Assembly (NCBI GenBank): GCA_048882505.1
Contig: JBHLRO010000012.1
Location: forward strand, 60,001-92,000
Direction of reading: 5' to 3'
DNA length: 32,000 nucleotides
Source: Candidatus Thorarchaeota archaeon
GTDB taxonomy: Archaea; Asgardarchaeota; Heimdallarchaeia; Hodarchaeales; Hodarchaeaceae
The translations under genes and the position numbers were made by a program. Under the pieces are notes generated by a model, which was not told the DNA's origin, made no database searches, and saw only the letters and a program-made list of their open reading frames with translations. This document shows positions 24,946 to 32,000 of this stretch, piece after piece. Within the stretch, counting starts at the first letter, position 1. Every line of letters begins with the position of its first letter.

Positions 24946-26259
24946 ATGAGTAAACAGAAGACAAGTTCGAGACTCTCTGGATTTTTCAAGCTGAGTATTG
25001 AAGAGCGTCAAGTAAAAATCCAAAATTTGTGTAACTTAACGAAAGATGAGATCGAGTATCTAGCTTTGTCCACGGCAACCTTGGATAAAGCAGGCAAAGG
25101 ATATTACATCGAAAACCCGATCACTGTAATGCAGGTGCCGCTTGGGATTGCTCCCAATTTCAGGATAAATGGAGAGGATGTGTTGGTACCAATGGCAGTG
25201 GAAGAAGCCTCGGTAGTTGCAGCAGCTGCGAATTCAGCTAAGGTTGCTCGGGAAAGTGGGGGATTTTCGACCAGCGCGACAGATCCTATCATGATCGGAC
25301 AAATACAATTGGTTGAGGTACCTGATCCCTTTGCAGCAAAGGCAAAAATCTTGGAAAGCAAGCAAAAGATCGTTGAACTAGCCAACCAACAAGATCCAAT
25401 GCTGGTGAAATTCGGAGGCGGATGTCGAGATGTCAGGGTTAAAGTTCTAGAAGATACACTTCAGGGGCCTATGGTTATCACAGAACTTCTTGTAGACGTC
25501 CGGGATGCGATGGGGGCAAATGCCGTTAATACGATGAATGAAGCTGTCGCTCCTTTATTGGGTAATATTGCCGGAGGAAAACCGTTACTTCGAATAATTT
25601 CCAATTTAGCAGATAAGCGACTAGTACGTGCTACTGCACGATTTAAGGCAACTGAGTTGGCAACTGCGTCTCTTTCTGGAGAGGAAGTAGTCGAAGGAAT
25701 TTTAAACGCGTACGCATTTGCTGATGCGGATCCTTACAGATGTAGTACACATAATAAGGGGATAATGAATGGCATTGACGCAGTCGCTCTGGCAACGGCC
25801 CAGGACTGGCGAGCGATTGAGGCAGGTGCACATACTTATGCAGCCATGAAGGTTCCTGGAAAATATTCGTCTCTCACAACCTGGGAAAAGGATTCAAACG
25901 GAGATTTAGTGGGAACTATTGAACTCCCTCTTGCAGTTGGTGTGGTGGGTGGTATTGCCAGTATACATCCCCTAGCACAGATTTCGTTCAAAATCATGGG
26001 ATTAAGCGTCCCTGGTGGTGCTCAAAAGCTTGCTGAGACCATGGCTGCCGTGGGGTTAGCCCAGAATCTTGGTGCACTTCGTGCTTTGGCCACTGTAGGA
26101 ATACAGGCAGGCCATATGCGCCTTCATGCTAGAAATCTGGCCGCAAGCATGGGAGCTGAGGGCAATATTCTAGATAGGATCGTAGAGGAAGTAACAAAAC
26201 AGAATATCAAGGTAACATTCGATAACGTCAAAAAGATATATGATAAACTCAAAGACTAG
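24946..26259 (+). CDS. mvaA: Class II (bacterial-type) HMG-CoA reductase
   Basis: IENPIT..QVPLGIA, VPMAVEEASVVAAA, DAMGANAVNTM, THNKGIMNGIDAV, DWRAIEAGAH, QNLGALRAL, GHMRLHARN and the C-terminal flap domain. Confidence 0.96.
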   Translation: MSKQKTSSRLSGFFKLSIEERQVKIQNLCNLTKDEIEYLALSTATLDKAGKGYYIENPITVMQVPLGIAPNFRINGEDVLVPMAVEEASVVAAAANSAKVARESGGFSTSATDPIMIGQIQLVEVPDPFAAKAKILESKQKIVELANQQDPMLVKFGGGCRDVRVKVLEDTLQGPMVITELLVDVRDAMGANAVNTMNEAVAPLLGNIAGGKPLLRIISNLADKRLVRATARFKATELATASLSGEEVVEGILNAYAFADADPYRCSTHNKGIMNGIDAVALATAQDWRAIEAGAHTYAAMKVPGKYSSLTTWEKDSNGDLVGTIELPLAVGVVGGIASIHPLAQISFKIMGLSVPGGAQKLAETMAAVGLAQNLGALRALATVGIQAGHMRLHARNLAASMGAEGNILDRIVEEVTKQNIKVTFDNVKKIYDKLKD

Positions 26260-26299
26260 CACCCTAGGCGAATGAACTCCCTAGTTCTTCTCCTGAAAA

Positions 26300-26323
26300 G
26301 CGAAGCAGTTGGCTTTGCTTCGC
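26300..26323. other. Inverted repeat/hairpin downstream of the HMG-CoA reductase gene
   Basis: GCGAAGCA-N8-TGCTTCGC, a perfect 8-bp stem starting 41 nt after the stop. Function unknown. Confidence 0.35.
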
Positions 26324-26447
26324 GAAATTCAGTCCATGATGAGCTCTGGAATCGGTAATTCCAATATAACGTAGTTATTTTTTTCTCACCAAGACCTTTT
26401 ATTATTGGTTCATGGATTTGTCCCCGCTCATTTAGGGTGCATTGATT

Positions 26448-27095
26448 ATGGATATCCTCAGTACTGTCTTACTTCTAATAACTGGAATCCTTGCCCTCGT
26501 CATGGGCGCTCTTCTCATTAAGGAATACCTCTCGAGCAAGAATTTAGCTCATTTGGCCTGGAGTATAGGGTTTATAGTGCTATTTGCTTCCGGACTTCTT
26601 ATTATCATATTCGATTTCGCAATACTGACCGAACCTTTGGTACCTGTGGTGGCTGCCTTAATACCTGGTACTTTAGCAATCGGGCTGCTGTTTGCTGTTT
26701 GGCCAGATAAACCTTACGGGCTACTTTACACTATATATACCGTTGTGGTTGTTGGGTCGCTAGCAATAGTTCGAATAGCCCCTGAACTTTCAAGTTTCTC
26801 TACTCCTGTACTAATGGCAATTCATATCCCCAGTGGATTATTGATTGTCATCATTCCCATCATCACGGCTTGGCAAAAGGAAACAGAGATCACTAGTATA
26901 TTTTTCGGGATAGGCGGCCTTCTAATAAGCACAGGAGGAATACTACTAGCTTTTCTTAAGCTTGGTAGCCCCATACTAACTCAGGAACAGATTTTTGCTG
27001 TTCTCCCGTTACTTCTTGTATTGGTAGGGATTTTTTTTGTATTAGGGATAATCCTTCCTTCGAAATGGAAGATAGAAATCCCCTTGCTTGGCTAA
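26448..27095 (+). CDS. Polytopic membrane protein (about 7 TM), unknown function
   Basis: Nearly continuous hydrophobic helices; HLAWSIGF and HIPSGL polar intramembrane motifs. Start at ATG 26448 or TTG 26442. Confidence 0.78.
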   Translation: MDILSTVLLLITGILALVMGALLIKEYLSSKNLAHLAWSIGFIVLFASGLLIIIFDFAILTEPLVPVVAALIPGTLAIGLLFAVWPDKPYGLLYTIYTVVVVGSLAIVRIAPELSSFSTPVLMAIHIPSGLLIVIIPIITAWQKETEITSIFFGIGGLLISTGGILLAFLKLGSPILTQEQIFAVLPLLLVLVGIFFVLGIILPSKWKIEIPLLG

Positions 27096-27211
27096 ACGGT
27101 AGTTTCAAGAGAACTTCTCGTGAGAGAGCAGCCCTTACCTCTTTTCCCATGATCTTAAAATTTGATATAAATTAAGCGTCTTTAAATAACTGAAAGCATA
27201 CCATATTCAAT

Positions 27212-27895
27212 TTAGAATTCCAGGATACCACGTTTTCTTAGTGTTTCTAGATCTTGGTCAGCTAGCTCCACGGGCAACCAACGGAATAGGCCAAATATCT
27301 CGGATTGACAATTTTTGTCCAAAAGAAAGAAACGATTTAGAAAATCAACCAATATCCTTCCAGTTGCCCCCCAAATCTCTTCTTTCTTATAATAAAAAAA
27401 GGGAACCAGGAATTTGTTTCCTTGCCATTCACGAGTTCTTAAAGTAAAGTGATCTGGATTGGCCAGATGGGAAACAGGAACCTCCAAAATATACTCAATC
27501 TCGTTATGATTAATATTTTTGGCTTTTACATCCTCTTCGCTTACCACCCCGACAAATGGGGTGACAATATATTGGCTAATCGTCAAAATGTCATTAATAG
27601 AGCCAATAATCTGGACCTCATTTATGCCAATTTCTTCATATGTTTCTCTAAGAGCAGTATGGACAACATTTTCATCTGATTCATCTAATCTACCTCCTGG
27701 GAAAGAGATTTGACCAGGATGATTCCGTACATGCTCGGTTCTACGAGTAAATAGAAGATACCACTCATTTTTTCTTAAAAACAAAGGAATAAGTACTGCG
27801 GCCCGTTTAAATCCTTTGGGGAGAAGACCTCCAAGACGTTCCTCCTTATAGAGCACTCTACCAAATAATTGTAAGCATCTGGGGAGGGTCGCCAC
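27212..27895 (-). CDS. Nudix hydrolase, CoA pyrophosphatase (NudL/NUDT7-8-like) type
   Basis: RAAVLIPL, UPF0035-type motif LLFTRRTEHVRNHPGQISFPGG, Nudix box ALRETYEEIG, IWGATGRIL. Confidence 0.92.
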   Translation of the reverse strand: MATLPRCLQLFGRVLYKEERLGGLLPKGFKRAAVLIPLFLRKNEWYLLFTRRTEHVRNHPGQISFPGGRLDESDENVVHTALRETYEEIGINEVQIIGSINDILTISQYIVTPFVGVVSEEDVKAKNINHNEIEYILEVPVSHLANPDHFTLRTREWQGNKFLVPFFYYKKEEIWGATGRILVDFLNRFFLLDKNCQSEIFGLFRWLPVELADQDLETLRKRGILEF

Positions 27896-28032
27896 GCACG
27901 TATCACATCGAACTATTTTTTAAGAAAGTCATACTCAAACTCCCCCAGTCATAGAACTAAATAATAGGAATGAGCCTCAGGGGACTAACTTCATTGATTG
28001 TGAATAATATAATAAGTATGCGCCAAATCTAG

Positions 28033-28428
28033 GTGGATGAGGAGTCGATACTGCCTTTCATTAATGTTTCTTATATGGACGTTCTTGAGTCTCTTGGTAG
28101 CCCAGAAAGTGTAATTAGGTTACTAAAAACCAAGAAAATAAATCCAAAGGAGGCCGATTTTCTAGAAATTTTAGGTAGTTACATAAAGAGTCAAAATGAA
28201 ACCATTTTAAATACCATACGAGATTTATGTAACATACATTTTGGGGATCAAGGGGACGATGCATTCGAGAAGATTAAACGTTTTCTCGAAGGGCAAACCA
28301 GGGTTGCCTGGGTTATTTTCAGTCGACATTACCATAAAATCGATTTTGATGACCGTAACCCCCTCGAAGATTATCATCCCCGTATGTCAGAAGTCATTAT
28401 TGTCCATTTCAAATACAAGGTAATGTGA
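28033..28428 (+). CDS. Hypothetical protein, first gene of a 3-gene operon
   Basis: GTG start; its stop overlaps the next gene in a GTGA 4-nt overlap. Confidence 0.6.
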   Translation: MDEESILPFINVSYMDVLESLGSPESVIRLLKTKKINPKEADFLEILGSYIKSQNETILNTIRDLCNIHFGDQGDDAFEKIKRFLEGQTRVAWVIFSRHYHKIDFDDRNPLEDYHPRMSEVIIVHFKYKVM

Positions 28429-30239
28429 ATGCCATGGGTTCTGAAAAGTGTTCTGCCCTAGCCAACGAGGCAGAAGCAGCTTCCAAACATTCGCTGGACA
28501 TCGCTTCGAGTATTTATGAGGAAGCAGCAAGCTGTTATGATAAAGAAGGAGATAGACGTAAATCAGGTCAATTCCTGACGTTAGCAGGGGATCTGTTCCT
28601 TGAAATTAATAAGCATGATCAGGCTGCAACCTGTTATGGAAAAGCCATTTTACGATACCTGATGTCAGGGGATATTGAGACAGCCCAAATCCTCATAAAT
28701 AAAGGCGGAGAATATGGCTTCTCCTCTGCGAACCACCATTATAGAATCGCGATTGATTCATTGGAACGGCGGAAGGAGACGAAATTAGAAACAGAGGCCG
28801 CATTAGAAGAAAGTACGGCTGAAGAATGGATGATTGAAGAGGAATCTCTTCCAGAAGTGGAAATCATGCCGCTCGACGATGAAGAGCAGTTGATTACCCT
28901 GGAAATGGATGATATTCTCGATAAAGAGGATATTCAGATAAGGAAGCAGAATTTTGTCATCCCCCAGCTCGAAGTTGAGGATCCTTCGAGGGTGGGATCG
29001 TTTGCGGTTTTGGCTGCAGTTTCCCGAACTACTCGGGAATTGACCAGCCAAGACCAGCAGTTTATCCAAACCAATGCCGTGATACAGGATGCTTTAGGAG
29101 AGACCAAAATAATAGAACCGAAAATCACCATGTCACCAGTTAAGATAGCAGAAAGCGAAAGATCGGAGTTCTTTGAACTTTCCGAAACAATCACGACCGA
29201 AATCATGGGGGTTTCGTCTTTAGAGAATGAGGATTCAATAACAGATTCTTTAAATGGAACTTCAAACCTTGAATATCCTGATACATTAGATTTCGAGTAT
29301 TCAGGAAAAACTGAGATTGTAAACGAATATGCAGAAGAAATACATAACATTGAAGTAGTTGATACGATTCCCTTTCAGTGGCAGGTAATCGATGTTAAAT
29401 CAGATTTTGATCTAGAGAAGAAACACCGAACAAGTGAGGGATTAATCTATACATGGAAAAAAGATAGGATCTTACCTGGAAGAAAAATGGGAGTTGAATA
29501 CACACTACGAAAACGGGTTGAAAGGTCAATTGTCCTGAGAAAGGAGAACCAAGTATCAGTGTTGAATCTTTATCATTCTGTTCAAAAGGATTTAAAAGCC
29601 CAAATGGAGTTTGTTAACACAACGGGGAACTATTTCGAGGAAATTTTGATAGAAGATGTAATTCCGCCCGAATTGGTTGTGGTTCAGGCGACATCGGCTC
29701 AAGATATCAAACCAATTGCACTTCCAACTAATGATTCCACGTTATATCGATGGATTTTTAGCAGGTTACCTCCAGGTGAAACCTTTTCTGTAACCTACTT
29801 GTTTCGTGAAAAACCTATAACCAGATGGTATATACAGGAGATTGAATCTGAAAAAGGGATAGTAAAAGTAGAGAAGATTTCTCAACCTTTTGTTGATTCG
29901 AGACGATCCGAATATATCTGGATGTATCGAATCACTAATCCGATTTTAGATGAACTGCATATCGATGACAGGATTCCAGGTGATTATGAGATTGCCCTTG
30001 TAGAACCACCTCATTTGAGACCTTCGTTAACCATGAATGGAACTCATAAGGTTCTTAGTTGGAAGTTACCTCAGGAGTCAACAAACGAAGTCGTATTGAT
30101 TCGGATCTCTGGAAGCGAGTCTTTCACGCCCTTGGCGCCCGAAATTCATTTTTCACGGCTCGGAAAACCCCAGCTGGTTGAGAGAGGGGCTCAATCCCAC
30201 CGAAAGGTAATCGATTTTCGTAAAATACAAGAAGAATAG
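28425..30239 (+). CDS. Alpha-SNAP-like TPR N-terminus + acidic linker + three tandem DUF11/Ig-like repeats; no signal peptide
   Basis: ASSIYEEAASCY...KSGQFLTLAGDLFLEINKHDQAATCYGKA; E/D-rich middle; three repeats of pattern i.v.D.IP....v...........l.W.....PG....v.Y. Confidence 0.7.
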   Translation: MNAMGSEKCSALANEAEAASKHSLDIASSIYEEAASCYDKEGDRRKSGQFLTLAGDLFLEINKHDQAATCYGKAILRYLMSGDIETAQILINKGGEYGFSSANHHYRIAIDSLERRKETKLETEAALEESTAEEWMIEEESLPEVEIMPLDDEEQLITLEMDDILDKEDIQIRKQNFVIPQLEVEDPSRVGSFAVLAAVSRTTRELTSQDQQFIQTNAVIQDALGETKIIEPKITMSPVKIAESERSEFFELSETITTEIMGVSSLENEDSITDSLNGTSNLEYPDTLDFEYSGKTEIVNEYAEEIHNIEVVDTIPFQWQVIDVKSDFDLEKKHRTSEGLIYTWKKDRILPGRKMGVEYTLRKRVERSIVLRKENQVSVLNLYHSVQKDLKAQMEFVNTTGNYFEEILIEDVIPPELVVVQATSAQDIKPIALPTNDSTLYRWIFSRLPPGETFSVTYLFREKPITRWYIQEIESEKGIVKVEKISQPFVDSRRSEYIWMYRITNPILDELHIDDRIPGDYEIALVEPPHLRPSLTMNGTHKVLSWKLPQESTNEVVLIRISGSESFTPLAPEIHFSRLGKPQLVERGAQSHRKVIDFRKIQEE

Positions 30240-30248
30240 AAGGAGACC

Positions 30249-32000
30249 ATACTAACGTCCGAATCGATAAATAAACCAGGTATAGATTTAGCTGTTCTGG
30301 CTGTCCAATGGGATGAAATTAGTGGCCCCTCCATTATTTCCCTGTTCCCTCCTTCGGTGCTGAAAGACCCGGAATCAGTGGCCCTACAGATATATTTAGC
30401 ATCAGTAACAGTGTTTGGACAACATGGCCAGTCACAAAGAACTGAATTCTCTGTTCCTTTACTAAGCCTTGGTCAGGACGTTATTGCTCGTGTTGCCTTT
30501 GATTCATGGGAAGATGCGGATATTCGTGGCAAAGAGAGACCATTCTTTCTAGCATTCATTACTGGGGGTCAAACTAACGACTTATTGGGTCCTCATCTAG
30601 ATATTAATATTTTCGATTATTTAAACCAACTTAAGACTAAGGAAACCAATTTTGTTGCCAAGGAAATTTGGACTGTGCTTTCTGAACGAGTTTTAACAAA
30701 TGTTCCAGTTGAATCGATAGATAATAAAGATTTATCATATGAGACTTACTCCATTAAGGATGCACTTCAAGATCTGAAAACAGCGCATGAAGCTTGGGAT
30801 AAAACACAAGATAGAAACCAGTTGTGGACTGCCATACGCGTCGCAAATAAATTAGAAAACATAGATGACAATGCCGCCGGTCAGGCTTTCAATTTGGTTG
30901 GTACCATTTTCTTAGCTGGCAAGAACTACCACGAGGCCAAGGAGGCATTTGAACAGGCTACTAGTGCTTTTGGTCGTGCCCGTTTGTTCAATGATTCGGG
31001 CCAATCATCAGCATTAGCAGGAAAGTGTGCGTTTTATCTGGCTAATCTAGATGAAGCAATCGAATTTCTTCAGGGTGGAGTTCTGTGGGTAAAAGGAGAG
31101 GACAAACTTGCCTCGATTAATTTTGATATGGCAAGTGCATTGCATGCTAAAGAGCGATTCGAAGAATCCTATGTATATTTTGAAAAAGCAATCACCGCTG
31201 CCACGGGAGTAGATCCACACATCGCAGCTGAATATTCTGCAACCTACGCTAGCAGACTTATGAGTCATGCGGATAGTGTAAGAAACAAGAATCTTACTCT
31301 GAGCCAAGATTTAATTAGACGATCTGCAACCCAACGTGTCTCAGCAGCTCGCCTCTTATCCAAATCAGGAAACCCCCGTGAAGCAGCTAGTTCGTTAATT
31401 CTAGCGGGTAATGCGTTGCTATCGTTGAAAGATATAAGGGAAGGATGCGATAAGTTAAGAGAAGCTGCAGATCTATTTATTGAAGCGAACGATTATTCTT
31501 CCGCTGCAAGGGCTTTATACAATGGTGCCCGTAATATCAAGGATCCCAAAAGTTCTGACGAACTCCTTAGCAGAGCCATCAATCTATTGAAAGAGCATGA
31601 AACAGAGCAAAATTATCATACGTTGGGTCTCCTATTCTTTGAAAAGGGAAAAATCGAAACCAAGCGGCAGCAAATTGTCAAATCTATCCTATCTTTTGAA
31701 CAATCATCCGAATTTTTGACTCAGGCCCAAATAAAGGGTATTGAACTCTTCTCCATATATATCCAATTGGCCAACAATCATTTCAAATTAGAATCCTTTG
31801 AACGAGCCGCATTATCATTTTTTAAGGCCCATAATTCCTTAGCGGAGGCACCTAGACGGGGAAACTTAGAGGATCAGTACCAAAAAGCGTTTCTAAATGG
31901 CTTGATAAGTTTACGTCGTGCAAGTACCGTATACCACAATGCAGGAATCGTGGCTCTTCAAAATAAGGAAGAAGGTCGAGCACTCGATTTGTTTGGTCGA
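30249..32000 (+). CDS. uDENN/longin domain + long TPR/SNAP-like solenoid (3'-truncated by the window; absent from the ORF track; start codon non-canonical or uncertain)
   Basis: My translation is open from 30240 to the window end: ILTSESINKPGIDLAVLAVQWDEISGPSIISLFPPSVLKDPESVALQIYLASVTVFG...FDSWEDADIRGKERPFFLAFITG...AFNLVGTIFLAGKNYHEAKEAFEQA... AGGAG at 30241-30245 precedes ATA 30249. Confidence 0.8.
   Translation, partial: MLTSESINKPGIDLAVLAVQWDEISGPSIISLFPPSVLKDPESVALQIYLASVTVFGQHGQSQRTEFSVPLLSLGQDVIARVAFDSWEDADIRGKERPFFLAFITGGQTNDLLGPHLDINIFDYLNQLKTKETNFVAKEIWTVLSERVLTNVPVESIDNKDLSYETYSIKDALQDLKTAHEAWDKTQDRNQLWTAIRVANKLENIDDNAAGQAFNLVGTIFLAGKNYHEAKEAFEQATSAFGRARLFNDSGQSSALAGKCAFYLANLDEAIEFLQGGVLWVKGEDKLASINFDMASALHAKERFEESYVYFEKAITAATGVDPHIAAEYSATYASRLMSHADSVRNKNLTLSQDLIRRSATQRVSAARLLSKSGNPREAASSLILAGNALLSLKDIREGCDKLREAADLFIEANDYSSAARALYNGARNIKDPKSSDELLSRAINLLKEHETEQNYHTLGLLFFEKGKIETKRQQIVKSILSFEQSSEFLTQAQIKGIELFSIYIQLANNHFKLESFERAALSFFKAHNSLAEAPRRGNLEDQYQKAFLNGLISLRRASTVYHNAGIVALQNKEEGRALDLFGR

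Noticed and set aside
16672-26259. Functional link between the S1P-like proteases and HMG-CoA reductase (SREBP-like circuit)
   Set aside because: The genes are kilobases apart in different transcription units, and no membrane-tethered transcription factor or S2P is seen. The association is only suggestive.
30237-30239. Pyrrolysine/amber recoding as the explanation for the in-frame TAG
   Set aside because: TAG is an ordinary stop for many genes in this window (ending at 2842, 4051, 4599, 5828, 7566, 15710, 19149, 26259), and no pyl genes are visible.
1-32000. CRISPR arrays, IS elements, long direct repeats, rRNA
   Set aside because: None detected by reading. Intergenic gaps are all under 300 bp and show no regular repeat-spacer pattern.

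Overview
Gene-dense (about 40% GC by eye), intact-looking chromosomal segment that reads as Asgard archaeal, probably Heimdallarchaeia/Hodarchaeales-like. This is inferred from gene content, not from a marker phylogeny. It holds about 26 CDS and one intron-less tRNA-Cys(GCA). I saw no CRISPR array, transposase or integrase. Housekeeping and envelope genes: adk, class II HMG-CoA reductase, CoA-type Nudix, DHH phosphoesterase, GNAT, two GT4 and one GT2 glycosyltransferases, a 972-aa surface glycoprotein and an eIF2B-family protein. Eukaryote-like candidates are unusually dense: a Rab-like GTPase, a single-gelsolin-domain protein and two membrane-anchored subtilases with the S8 + GIFT-like + TM layout of site-1 protease. 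There is also an alpha-SNAP-like protein fused to three Ig-like repeats and an SMCR8/folliculin-like uDENN(longin)-TPR protein that the ORF track misses because it runs off the right edge. The most novel candidate is the hypothetical protein at 15765-16646, which by manual comparison looks colinear with kinetochore protein CENP-N/Chl4. All family comparisons were made by eye against sequences recalled from memory, with no search run, so they need HMM or structure confirmation.
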